Shown piece after piece: positions 1-9,138 of a DNA stretch of 27,992 nucleotides. Origin of the DNA: Candidatus Limisoma intestinavium. GTDB taxonomy: Bacteria; Bacteroidota; Bacteroidia; Bacteroidales; Muribaculaceae. The notes under the pieces were generated by a model. It was given only the letters and a program-made list of their open reading frames with translations, was not told the DNA's origin and made no database searches. Location of the stretch: contig DVMS01000067.1 in the NCBI GenBank assembly GCA_018714885.1, positions 1-27,992 of the forward strand, in the 5' to 3' direction. Numbering within the stretch: position 1 is the first letter of the stretch; every line of letters starts with the position of its first letter. Made by a program: the position numbers and the translations under genes.

Positions 1-932
1 TTGCCCAACCATGCGCTTACGTCGCGAGCTTCGTCGGCGCCGGATATCGGGTGGGTGACGGAAATCATATCGACTGCTTTTAGTTTGGATACAGCTTCCG
101 AAGGAGTCCAAAATTCCACTCCTTTTTCTGCCGCGAATCGTGGCAATGCTTTGAAGAAATCGAAAATGCCGGTTTCGCGCGGGTGATTATCGCCGATTGT
201 TTCATAGTTTACGGCAATATTGACCAATTGTTCATCTTTGGGGCTTTGCGAAATCCAACTCATGTATTTGTCGGCAGTTAAAGGATATTCATGCCATGAG
301 TAATCGGCAAATCGCATCGCAATATCGTCTGAGAGTTTTGAATTTCTGAAAAGAAGTTTCATTTTAGGTGCGCCTGCCGAAGAATAAACATAGTTGGGAG
401 ATTTCCACCCAAGAATATGTTTTGCTCCTTCTGTCAAAACTGCCTTGAAGCCCATAGATGCAATTTGCGCAGCAATTTCATCGTTGTAGATTAATTCGGT
501 ATTTCTGAAAACTTTCGGTTTTTGTCCGAATAGGTTATATATCAAAGCATCGTGTCGTTCGACTTGACGTTTGAATTCTTCTTCGTTGATGAGCGATGCG
601 AGCGAATGATCGTAGGTTTCAGATACAAATTCCACGCAGCCGGTGTCGACAAGCATTTTCATGGAATCGATAAATTCCGGAACGTATTGTTGGAATTGTT
701 CAATGGCCGTTCCGGTGATTGAAAATGCGCATTTGAATTTTTTGCCAGAATCTTTTATCATTTGCAGCAGCATTTCGTTTGCCGGCAAATATGCCCGTTG
801 TGCAATGCGAGTGATTATTTCGTCGTTGGAAAAATCATCGTAGTAGTAATGGTCGTTTCCGATGTCGAAAAAACGGTAGCGTTTCAAACGGAATGGTTGA
901 TGTATTTGGAAATAAAAACATACTGCGCTCAT
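1..932 (-). CDS. Glycoside hydrolase family 57 alpha-amylase-like protein, 3'-truncated by the window edge
   Basis: Absent from the ORF track; translated by hand from ATG at 932 as MSAVCFYFQIHQPFRLKRYRFFDIGNDHYYYDD...ETYDHSLASL...FRNTELIY...VNYETIG...ADEARDVSAWLG. It stays open to base 1, shows the GH57 conserved regions and lies 13 bp downstream of the GT4 gene. Confidence 0.93.
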   Translation of the reverse strand, partial: MSAVCFYFQIHQPFRLKRYRFFDIGNDHYYYDDFSNDEIITRIAQRAYLPANEMLLQMIKDSGKKFKCAFSITGTAIEQFQQYVPEFIDSMKMLVDTGCVEFVSETYDHSLASLINEEEFKRQVERHDALIYNLFGQKPKVFRNTELIYNDEIAAQIASMGFKAVLTEGAKHILGWKSPNYVYSSAGAPKMKLLFRNSKLSDDIAMRFADYSWHEYPLTADKYMSWISQSPKDEQLVNIAVNYETIGDNHPRETGIFDFFKALPRFAAEKGVEFWTPSEAVSKLKAVDMISVTHPISGADEARDVSAWLG

Positions 933-945
933 AGTAAATAGGTAT

Positions 946-2208
946 TTAGTGGTTGTTTAAAATTTTGTTGTATATGTCGATTACTTTTTTCCCGGCTTTT
1001 TTCCATTGGATTCCATCCACTTCTGCTAACCCTTCTTCATGCATTTGATTGTACATGGCGGGGTAGCTGATGATGGAGTAAATGGCGTCAGCCATTGCGT
1101 CGATGTCCCAAAAATCAATTTTGATGACATGGTTTAGAATTTCAGCACATCCGGATTGCTTGGAAATAATGGAAGGAACGCCCATTTGCATCGCTTCCAA
1201 TGGCGATATTCCAAATGGTTCGGATACAGAAGGCATGATGTAGACATCGGATGCTTTCAGCATTTCATATACTTGTTTCCCTTTTTGGAATCCGGGGAAG
1301 TGGAATCGGTCGGCAATGTCTTTTTGGGCAGCTAAATCAATCATTTTTTCCATCATGTCTCCGCTGCCTGCCATCACAAATCGCACGTTGTGTACTTTTT
1401 GCAGTACTTTTGCCGCCGCTTCCACGAAGTATTCAGGTCCTTTTTGCATCGTGATTCGTCCAAGGAATGTGACGATTTTTTCTTTCATTTTCGGGACTTG
1501 AACGTTTTTCAGTTCATCGCTAAGCGGCTCGACGGCGTTGTGGACGGTTGTCACCTTGGCCGGATCGATGCCGTATTTTTCGATTACAGTTTGGCGAGTC
1601 AGATTGCTCACTGTGATGATATGGTCGGCATTTGTCATGCCATCCTTTTCAATGCCGAAAACTGTCGGGTTGACTTTGCCGCGAGAACGGTCGAAGTCGG
1701 TGGCATGAACGTGGATAACCAATGGCTTTCCCGATACTTGTTTCGCATGTATCCCGGCCGGATAGGTAAGCCAATCGTGGGAATGGATAATGTCGAAATC
1801 AAGCGTGCGGGCAATGACACCAGCTACAATTGAATAGTTGTTGATTTCTTCCAACAAATTGTCTGGATAGCGGCCTGAAAATTCGATGCAACCGAGGTCG
1901 TTGACGTTCATGTAGTTGAAGTCCGCATAGATATGAGAGCGAAGATCATAGTATAGCTGAGGATTCATGACGTTGCCTATCCGTGATTGCACGTAATCCC
2001 AATCCGGATCTCTCCATGCGATGGGAGTTGTGCATGCTCCTATGATATTTGCGAAGCTTTTGTCTTCATCTCCATGGGGCTTTGGTATGACAAAGGATAT
2101 GTCCATGTTGCCGTTTTCGGCCATTCCTTTTGTCAAACCGTAGCTGGCAGTGCCGAGACCGCCAAGAATATGTGGTGGAAATTCCCACCCGAACATTAGG
2201 GCTTTCAT
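946..2208 (-). CDS. GT4-family glycosyltransferase, putative glycogen/alpha-glucan synthase
   Basis: 420 aa; N-terminal GWEFPPHILGGLG, HSHDW, and the GT-B motif PSVSEPFGISPLEAM; sits between debranching enzyme and GH57 genes. Confidence 0.9.
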   Translation of the reverse strand: MKALMFGWEFPPHILGGLGTASYGLTKGMAENGNMDISFVIPKPHGDEDKSFANIIGACTTPIAWRDPDWDYVQSRIGNVMNPQLYYDLRSHIYADFNYMNVNDLGCIEFSGRYPDNLLEEINNYSIVAGVIARTLDFDIIHSHDWLTYPAGIHAKQVSGKPLVIHVHATDFDRSRGKVNPTVFGIEKDGMTNADHIITVSNLTRQTVIEKYGIDPAKVTTVHNAVEPLSDELKNVQVPKMKEKIVTFLGRITMQKGPEYFVEAAAKVLQKVHNVRFVMAGSGDMMEKMIDLAAQKDIADRFHFPGFQKGKQVYEMLKASDVYIMPSVSEPFGISPLEAMQMGVPSIISKQSGCAEILNHVIKIDFWDIDAMADAIYSIISYPAMYNQMHEEGLAEVDGIQWKKAGKKVIDIYNKILNNH

Positions 2209-2234
2209 ATTTTGAAAGATTTTTTATCTGTTTG

Positions 2235-4181
2235 TTATACATCAAAACTATTAAGCACGTATAGAGAACGAAGCACTTCTCCTACGCTCGGCGCAAAGCT
2301 GATTGCGCCATGTCCGTTGTATGGCGGGTTGCCATCGTATAATTCTGAAATCGAACCAATGCATTCGCGGGTCATGTCGTCTTCATAACCGATAAGCATG
2401 CGTCGAAGGAATGCGACTCCGCTATGCCCGAACACTTTTAGATAAGCATCGGTATAAAAGCCTGTCAGCCATGGACGGGTCGGCCCGTTGAAATAGGCTT
2501 GTTGCCTTTGGAAATGATTGCCGACAAAGAATGGATTGTATCCGAAGCTTTTTGGGCTTAATGTGCGCAACCCGTTAGGCGTTAGCAATTCGCGAGTGGC
2601 AAAATCCAAAATCTGTTTCCGTTGTTTTTTGTCGAGAGGCGAGAAGTCGCAACCGGCAGCGATGATCATGTTCGGGCGCACGCTTAGGTCCATATAATTT
2701 CCGTCGACATAATCGTATAGGTAGCCGTAGTCGTTAAGGAAAGTATCGACAAAAGCATTTTTAAGCGTTTCCGAAGTGTGCTTCCAATCTTTTATGCGTT
2801 GTGGCTGCCATATGTTGTTTTCAAACAAGGTGATTCCAAACATTAGCGCGTTGTACCAAAGGGCATTGAATTCTACGATGTAACCGGTTCGAGGAATGAG
2901 CGGTTGCCCGTTGGGTTGTTTTGCATCCATCCACGTGACCGGACTTTTGGTCCCGTCGGACGAGAGCAAACCGGCTTCGTTTATATACAAGTTGGACTGT
3001 TTCCCGTCTAAGATGAAATTGATGATTTCTTCTAATGCTTTGCCGTATTTTTTAATAGCGTCCTCTGCGGAGGTGAACTTTGCATATTGCATGATTGCCC
3101 ATGTGGCCCATAATGGGATGTCGGGGAGGTCGAGACCCTTTATCGTGTCGTCGGTGTCGCCGGTCTTCATGTATTTGAGCAATGATTCAATTGCCGTATC
3201 CATGATTTTTTCAAAATCTTCGCGGTGATTGATTGCCAAAGTTGTGCCGGGAAGGGCGAGGAACAAGTCGCGAGCGATAATTTTAAACCACGGATATCCG
3301 GCCAATAGATAGTTCTTATTGCCGTCTTTTATGTAGCATTGCTTTGCTGAATTTTTTAAGCAATTGTAGAAGCTTGTGCGGCTTGTGCGGTCGAGCGTTT
3401 CTTTCTCAAAAGTGCTTGCAAAGCTTCGAGGCTTAGCCGGCTCTATGCTTGCTGAAAAAATAATGCTTTCTCCTTTTTTTATAGGCAGGCGGAAATATCC
3501 GGGAACCCATAAGTCTTCCGTGAAGGCTTCTTCACGCGCCATGTCTTTTATGTATTCGATGCCGTTATACCAATGTGGGTTGTATACGAACTCCGGCTTA
3601 TGGTTGAATTGCAAATACAATCTTGGATATCCTTCGTATAAACAAAAAGAAACGCCGTTTTCGGTTTCTTCATAAGATGTGTTTATATTCCCGTTTTCTG
3701 TGCATAAGCTCATGGCGTTTCGAAACGCTAAAAACGGTTGGAATTGCAATGTTGTCGGGGAGTGCGCCTCCAAAAGAGTATAGCGGATTAGAATCCTGTT
3801 TTCGTGGGATACGAACACTTTTTCTTTGGTAAGGACAACGCCTCCTACTCGATAAGTGAGTTTGGGAATCGTATCGCAGTTGAATTCTCTCAGATACTTA
3901 TGGCCGTTTGGGCTATAAATGCCGTTCCGATAGCGGTGGATGGCCAAATTGAACGGAGCTTCGTGTTGAATGACAGTCTCATCGAGCGACGAAAGAAGCA
4001 CGAAGTTGTCGTTGTTCATTTCTTTGATGGGAATGACAAGCAAGCCATGTTGCTTCCGTGTGTTGCATCCCGTAATCGTCGTGCAATGATATGCTCCGGA
4101 CATGTTTGTTCGGAGAATTTCTTTTGGAAGAGATTGGTCGAGGTTGATTAATAGATTCTTATCAAATTTAAGGTAACTCAT
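2235..4181 (-). CDS. Glycogen debranching enzyme (amylo-alpha-1,6-glucosidase family, N- and C-terminal domains)
   Basis: 648 aa; TRKQHGLLV, LSSLDET, AGYPWF, TWMD, NALWYNAL, VRPNM, GLRTLSP motifs. Confidence 0.9.
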   Translation of the reverse strand: MSYLKFDKNLLINLDQSLPKEILRTNMSGAYHCTTITGCNTRKQHGLLVIPIKEMNNDNFVLLSSLDETVIQHEAPFNLAIHRYRNGIYSPNGHKYLREFNCDTIPKLTYRVGGVVLTKEKVFVSHENRILIRYTLLEAHSPTTLQFQPFLAFRNAMSLCTENGNINTSYEETENGVSFCLYEGYPRLYLQFNHKPEFVYNPHWYNGIEYIKDMAREEAFTEDLWVPGYFRLPIKKGESIIFSASIEPAKPRSFASTFEKETLDRTSRTSFYNCLKNSAKQCYIKDGNKNYLLAGYPWFKIIARDLFLALPGTTLAINHREDFEKIMDTAIESLLKYMKTGDTDDTIKGLDLPDIPLWATWAIMQYAKFTSAEDAIKKYGKALEEIINFILDGKQSNLYINEAGLLSSDGTKSPVTWMDAKQPNGQPLIPRTGYIVEFNALWYNALMFGITLFENNIWQPQRIKDWKHTSETLKNAFVDTFLNDYGYLYDYVDGNYMDLSVRPNMIIAAGCDFSPLDKKQRKQILDFATRELLTPNGLRTLSPKSFGYNPFFVGNHFQRQQAYFNGPTRPWLTGFYTDAYLKVFGHSGVAFLRRMLIGYEDDMTRECIGSISELYDGNPPYNGHGAISFAPSVGEVLRSLYVLNSFDV

Positions 4182-4300
4182 AGGTTTGTATGAATTTGAT
4201 TAAAATTTAATGGTTCTAACTACACCACGAATTTAATAAAAATTATTTTCATGGAAAAGAAAAATGTTGCAAAACATATAATTAAGGCGAGGTAGGTGCT

Positions 4301-5272
4301 TCAAATGTTCAGTTCGGCTCGAACTGAGTTTACGAAATTCCAAAATTCGGATTCGATGGCGCTGAAAATGTTGTTTTTGTCGTCGGATTTTGTTGGGGTG
4401 AAAACTTTTAATCCGCTTGGGTGGCAATTGATGGTGATTGTCGATCCCATTTCAATTGGCTCTCCGTCAAGGTGGACAACGCCGGCATTGTCGCGTTCGA
4501 TGGTGAGCCGTGGCGTGCGAAAAGATATGATATTGGTGTCTTGGTCTATGTGTTTTGAAAAGAGGAGGATTCCGAGTACGGCTGTGTCAATGGGGGTGAT
4601 TGGCAAAATGACGGTCACGTCTATTTGCCCGTCTTGAATATTTGCATTCGGGGCGATATAAGCATTATTGCCATATTGCGAAGCGTTTCCACATGCGATA
4701 ATAAATGCTTTTTCTGTGATTACGCCTGTCGGGGTGGTGATTTTATATCGTTGCGGGCGATATTTTAAATATTCCGCTATCGCGCTTTTAACATATTCGA
4801 GCGCGCCTCTTTTCCTGCTTTTTGCAAAGCGGTCGCTTACTTGTGCATCGAACCCGATGCCGCATGTGCAAAAGAAAGGTTTGTCATTGGCGGTGCAATA
4901 ATCAAGCGGCGAGATGTCTCCGTCAAGGATAATGTCTATTGCTTTTTCGATGTCTAAGGGGATTTTTAAGTGCCGAGCCAATCCATTGCCGGATCCGTAT
5001 GGAATAATTCCGAGAGCGGTGTCGGTGCCGCATAATGCAGTTGCAACTTCGTTTATAGTGCCGTCTCCGCCAACTGCAAGGACACCTTTGTATCGTTTTT
5101 GAACAGCTTCTTTTGCAAGCTCGCATGCGTGGTTCGGGTGCAGGGTGTGTCGAATCTCTATGTCATAATGCGAATGCTTGAATTTTGTTTCAAGTATTTC
5201 CGGAAGCATATTGTTGTGCGTTTTTCCGGCTATGGGATTGATAATGACTGATATTTTTGTCTTGTTTGTCAT
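4301..5272 (-). CDS. Diacylglycerol-kinase-family lipid kinase (YegS/Rv2252/BmrU type)
   Basis: IINPIAG, GGDGT, IPYGSGNGLAR, HLDGE motifs. Start placed at ATG 5272 (MTNKTKISVIINP) rather than the track's 5311, because a promoter motif lies in the extension. Confidence 0.9.
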   Translation of the reverse strand: MTNKTKISVIINPIAGKTHNNMLPEILETKFKHSHYDIEIRHTLHPNHACELAKEAVQKRYKGVLAVGGDGTINEVATALCGTDTALGIIPYGSGNGLARHLKIPLDIEKAIDIILDGDISPLDYCTANDKPFFCTCGIGFDAQVSDRFAKSRKRGALEYVKSAIAEYLKYRPQRYKITTPTGVITEKAFIIACGNASQYGNNAYIAPNANIQDGQIDVTVILPITPIDTAVLGILLFSKHIDQDTNIISFRTPRLTIERDNAGVVHLDGEPIEMGSTITINCHPSGLKVFTPTKSDDKNNIFSAIESEFWNFVNSVRAELNI

Positions 5273-5278
5273 ACATGG

Positions 5279-5286
5279 CAAATATA
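5279..5286 (-). promoter_or_regulatory. Bacteroidetes -7 promoter element for the lipid kinase gene
   Basis: TATATTTG on the minus strand matches TAnnTTTG; only a partial -33 (TTG) near 5309-5311. Confidence 0.55.
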
Positions 5287-5295
5287 TGTAAAATA

Positions 5296-5327
5296 ATTGG
5301 CATTGTGACAAGAAAGTTGTAACTTCG
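5296..5327 (+). promoter_or_regulatory. Possible promoter for the HdeD-like gene
   Basis: ATTG-N20-TAACTTCG, one mismatch in each element. Confidence 0.35.
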
Positions 5328-5337
5328 TATATTAAAT

Positions 5338-5925
5338 ATGAATATTATGAGAGCTAAATTTTCGTTGATGCTGAATGTCTTTGTGTTTATTGCAGGGTTG
5401 CTGTTTGTGATTTTGTATTTTAATGGCAAGGGCGTTTTTGAATTGGTGTCGATAATTTTAGGCATCATGTTTATAATGACAAGTTGCTTGTCGTTGATAG
5501 CTGCGTTTAGCAAGGAATTGGTTCATAAGTCCAAATGGTCGATTGTGCCAATTGTTGGAGGAATGCTATTGGGAATAGCTTTGGTTGCTGCCAATGAATT
5601 CTTTGCGCGTTTTTTGGCATTTGTGTTTGCAACGCTTCTTGTTGTCGGCGGCTTATATAAAATGTGGGGATTGTTTGTGGCACGGAAAATAATTGTATAT
5701 CCGAAATGGTTTTATGTCGTTCCGTTGCTTATCATGATTTGTGGCATTGTGTTTTTTGCCATAGGCATTGACAGCGCGCAAAAGATACTTAGTTTGGTTG
5801 TCGGAATCGCCTTTATGGCTTATGCCATTAATTCTTTATGCGAATATATAGTATATAAAGAAGCATTGCGAAAGCAGGCCGAGGTGAAGAGAGACTCGGA
5901 AGCGATCGCAATTCGTGAAGAGTAG
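5338..5925 (+). CDS. HdeD/DUF308-like integral membrane protein
   Basis: 195 aa with about six hydrophobic segments in repeated G-rich helical pairs and a charged C-terminal tail. Confidence 0.7.
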   Translation: MNIMRAKFSLMLNVFVFIAGLLFVILYFNGKGVFELVSIILGIMFIMTSCLSLIAAFSKELVHKSKWSIVPIVGGMLLGIALVAANEFFARFLAFVFATLLVVGGLYKMWGLFVARKIIVYPKWFYVVPLLIMICGIVFFAIGIDSAQKILSLVVGIAFMAYAINSLCEYIVYKEALRKQAEVKRDSEAIAIREE

Positions 5926-5948
5926 TAGAGAGGAGTATTCGCGTGTCC

Positions 5949-6581
5949 TTATTGTTTAAGGCGGGCTTCGACGTATGCAATAATCAGTTTGATGATTTCG
6001 GCCTCGTCCAAGCGAGATGAGTCAAGGCAGATGTCGTAGGAAGTGGAGTGCCCCCATTCTTTGTCGGTATAAAAATTGTAATACTCCGCACGGAGCTTGT
6101 TTTCTTTTTTTGCCAAAGATTTTGCCTCGTCGATGCTTGTTCCTTCTACTCGTTTGACGATTCGTTGAGCACATGCTTCAGGCGAAGCACTAATGAATAC
6201 GTTTATGCAATAGGGGTTGTCGCGAAGCAGATAATCGGCGCAACGTCCGACAATGACGCATGAACTCCGTTCAGCTACGGCGCGAATTGTGTCGCATACG
6301 GCTTTTTGCACGCTGTCGTAGTATGTGGAAGACGGGGATGCAGAAAAAGATTGGATATAAAAGCCGAGGTTGAGCGAAAGGTTGTTGATGTAGAAAGATG
6401 GCAGCTTTTCGTCGGTTTTCTTGAATAATTCCGGATTGACGCCAATTTCTTTTGCAGCTTCGAGCAAAAGCTCTTTGTCATAAAATTTGACGCCTAATGT
6501 CTTGGCAAGTTTTTCGCCAATGTCGTGTCCGCCACTTCCGAATTGGCGTCCGATTGTAATGACAAATTTTTTATCTTCCAT
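5949..6581 (-). CDS. Cytidylate kinase-like family protein
   Basis: VITIGRQFGSGG, YDKELL, CVIVGRCADYLL, RAEYYNFYT, YDICLDSS. Start placed at ATG 6581 (MEDKKFVIT). Confidence 0.88.
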   Translation of the reverse strand: MEDKKFVITIGRQFGSGGHDIGEKLAKTLGVKFYDKELLLEAAKEIGVNPELFKKTDEKLPSFYINNLSLNLGFYIQSFSASPSSTYYDSVQKAVCDTIRAVAERSSCVIVGRCADYLLRDNPYCINVFISASPEACAQRIVKRVEGTSIDEAKSLAKKENKLRAEYYNFYTDKEWGHSTSYDICLDSSRLDEAEIIKLIIAYVEARLKQ

Positions 6582-6691
6582 ATTAATATGTGGTTTTATA
6601 TTTGATTTGTTTGCATGGAGATAGGGCAAATCGAGCGCAGAAGCGTCAAGGTTGTTTGGGCGGCTGTGCCGAGATGCAACTTATCTTAATG

Positions 6692-6699
6692 CAAAGATA
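6692..6699 (-). promoter_or_regulatory. -7 promoter element for the cytidylate-kinase-like gene
   Basis: TATCTTTG on the minus strand; -33 only partial. Confidence 0.55.
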
Positions 6700-6801
6700 A
6701 CGCAACTCGGATGCAAAACCAACGGATGAAGGCTTTTTCTGGCAATGGAAGCAAAATAGGCATTCGGAATAAGAGCAGGCTTGTAAAAAAGTATTGGTAA
6801 A

Positions 6802-6833
6802 TTTGTGCAGTGGCGCAAATAGATGTAATTTTG
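6802..6833 (+). promoter_or_regulatory. tig promoter
   Basis: TTTG(6802-6805)-N20-TAATTTTG(6826-6833), full consensus, 40 bp before the ATG. Confidence 0.8.
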
Positions 6834-6873
6834 CAACTCGTAAAATTAGCGTTAGAAATAAAATTAATAAGAT

Positions 6874-8226
6874 ATGAATGTAACAATGGAGAAAAACGGC
6901 AATGTCGGTGGTGTTATCACCGTGTCGTTGGAAGAAAAAGATTATCAAGACAAGGTAGCAAAAGACCTCAAAACAATAGGGCAAAGACATCATATAGATG
7001 GATTCCGTGCGGGGAAAGTGCCTGCCGGCTTGCTGAAAAAAATGTTTGGGAAGCAAGTGCTCGCAGATGTCATTAACAGAGAAACCATTGATGCATTGTT
7101 TAAATATATCGAGGATGAGAAGTTGAGCATTTTGGGAGAACCTTTGGCCGAAGAATCGCAAGAGGTGGATTTCGATAAAAAGGATTTTACTTTCAAGTTT
7201 GAAGTAGGATTGGCTCCGGAATTTTCAGTTGCATTAGATAAAAAATTAAAAATTCCATACTATACGATTACGGTAGACGATGAAATGGTGAAGCGCCAAG
7301 ATGAGGCATACGCTCGCCGTTTCGGGTCGCAAGTCGCAGGCGAATCGGTCGATGACACGGCTTTGATAAAAGGGCAAGTTTCGGAATTGAATGCAGATGG
7401 CTCTGTCAAAGATGGGGGCATATCGACGAACACGATTATTTCGATGGAATATCTTGCTTCTTCCGATGAAAAGGCAAAATTCATGGGAAAGAAAGTCGGC
7501 GACAAAGTAGTGTTCAACCCTAATGCGGCAAGCAATGGCAATGCAACGGAAATCGCTTCGATGCTGAATATCGAGAAGGCTGAAGCCGAAAATGTGAAAT
7601 CCGATTTCGAATTTGTCATAAAAGAAATCATAGTCCTTAAATTGGCCGATAAAAATCAAGAATATTTCGACAATGTTTTTGGCAAGGATGCTGTTAAAAA
7701 CGAAGAAGAATATGTCGAGAAGTTGAAAGAAACGATTGCTAATCAATTGAAATTGGATAGCAACTATCGCTTCACGCTCGATGCTCGGAAAGCAATCATG
7801 AAAAAGGTTGGCAAGTTGGAATTGCCGGTTGAGTTTTTGAAGAAATGGCTGAAGAAAACCAACGACAAAATCAACGATGAAAATGTGGACGCAGAATTCG
7901 AAAAGATGCTTCCGGGCGCAGAGTGGCAGCTTGTGAAAGAAAAAATCGTCAAAGAGCAAGGCATTAAAGTTGCGGATGAAGATTTGAACAGGGAGGCAAA
8001 AATGTTGGCAATACAGCAATTTGCTCAATATGGCATGTCGAACGTGCCGGACGAATATGTCGAGAAATATGCCAAAGATTTCTTGGACAATAAGGAATAT
8101 CGTCAAAGATTAATCGACAAAGCAGTGGACGACAAGCTATTTGCTGCAATTAAAGAGGTTGCGACAGTAACAGACAAGGCAGTGTCGGTTGATGAGTTTA
8201 ACGCTTTGTTCAAGTCTGAGAATTAA
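6874..8226 (+). CDS. tig: Trigger factor
   Basis: 450 aa; ribosome-binding signature GFRAGKVP, LGEPL, FKFEVGLAP; length and charge typical of the family. Confidence 0.95.
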   Translation: MNVTMEKNGNVGGVITVSLEEKDYQDKVAKDLKTIGQRHHIDGFRAGKVPAGLLKKMFGKQVLADVINRETIDALFKYIEDEKLSILGEPLAEESQEVDFDKKDFTFKFEVGLAPEFSVALDKKLKIPYYTITVDDEMVKRQDEAYARRFGSQVAGESVDDTALIKGQVSELNADGSVKDGGISTNTIISMEYLASSDEKAKFMGKKVGDKVVFNPNAASNGNATEIASMLNIEKAEAENVKSDFEFVIKEIIVLKLADKNQEYFDNVFGKDAVKNEEEYVEKLKETIANQLKLDSNYRFTLDARKAIMKKVGKLELPVEFLKKWLKKTNDKINDENVDAEFEKMLPGAEWQLVKEKIVKEQGIKVADEDLNREAKMLAIQQFAQYGMSNVPDEYVEKYAKDFLDNKEYRQRLIDKAVDDKLFAAIKEVATVTDKAVSVDEFNALFKSEN

Positions 8227-8241
8227 ATATTTTCTGGAATT

Positions 8242-8278
8242 AAAAAAACGGAAATGCATTGAGCGTTTCCGTTTTTTT
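8242..8278 (+). terminator. Intrinsic terminator after tig, potentially bidirectional
   Basis: AAAAAAACGGAAATGC-ATTGA-GCGTTTCCGTTTTTTT; stem with one G:U pair and a T7 tail. Confidence 0.88.
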
Positions 8279-8327
8279 GTTCATTCGTCGTGACGTGTGC
8301 TTTTTTGCAGGCATGGCGGGCATAAAA

Positions 8328-8358
8328 TTCGAAGACTCGTAAAAAATCGCTAACTTTG
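8328..8358 (+). promoter_or_regulatory. Candidate promoter for the LysE/CBM9-like operon
   Basis: TTCG-N19-TAACTTTG; a second -7 match TAAGTTTG lies at 8462-8469. Confidence 0.55.
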
Positions 8359-8496
8359 CGTATGGTAAGAGCTTGTTTTGCAAAAGCATTTTAAACCAAT
8401 GTATTGCTTCGTGCTCGATATGTTTATTTGAAAAAAAGATATGGAAGGCATAGGCATTCAATAAGTTTGAATCTCGATGCCTAAGAATGTCCGGAT

Positions 8497-9138
8497 ATGG
8501 ATATTTTACTAATTATAGTAAAAGGTCTTGCAATAGGAGTTTTGATCTCGGCGCCGATGGGGCCGATTGGCATGTTGTGCATTCAACGCACGTTGAACAA
8601 GGGGCGTGCTGCCGGATTTTTCACCGGTGTCGGTGCTGCATTGTCGGATTTGTTGTATTCGTTGCTGACCGGATTAGGCATGTCGATAATCATCAATTTT
8701 GTTGAGGAGCATCAATCTTATCTGCAAATATTTGGCAGCGTGGTTCTTCTTGGCTTTGGGATTTATATAGCACGAAATAATCCGGCAAAAGTGTTGCGAG
8801 CAAAAGGCGGACGCCCATTGAAGAATAATTACGTGCAAGATTTGGTGTCCGGTTTTTTGTTTACATTCTCCAATCCTTTGATTATCTTTTTGATAATCGG
8901 ATTGTATGCTCGATTTAATTTCTTTTCTCAAACGCAAGACACATATTCCTATATATTGGGATTTGCTTCGATTATAACAGGCGCATTGTCGTGGTGGTTT
9001 ATGATAACTTATTTTGTTAATAAAGTCAGAGGCCATTTCAACGTGCGCAGTATGTGGCTAATTAATATTATTATCGGTAGTTTAATTTGTTTGATGTCGT
9101 TCTTTGGACTTGGATTGTCGTTAATTAAGTTGCTATGA
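8497..9138 (+). CDS. LysE-family translocator
   Basis: 213 aa; SAPMGPIGMLCIQRTLNKGRAAGFFTGVGAALSD, FTFSNP; about six TM helices. Confidence 0.92.
   Translation: MDILLIIVKGLAIGVLISAPMGPIGMLCIQRTLNKGRAAGFFTGVGAALSDLLYSLLTGLGMSIIINFVEEHQSYLQIFGSVVLLGFGIYIARNNPAKVLRAKGGRPLKNNYVQDLVSGFLFTFSNPLIIFLIIGLYARFNFFSQTQDTYSYILGFASIITGALSWWFMITYFVNKVRGHFNVRSMWLINIIIGSLICLMSFFGLGLSLIKLL

Noticed and set aside
7246-8106. 286-aa antisense ORF inside tig
   Set aside because: Shadow ORF typical of a codon-biased gene; F/I/L-rich with no recognisable motif.
8362-8464. Short upstream ORFs in the LysE leader (MVRACFAKAF, MYCFVLDMFI, MEGIGIQ)
   Set aside because: No run of one amino acid and no terminator/antiterminator pair; expected by chance.
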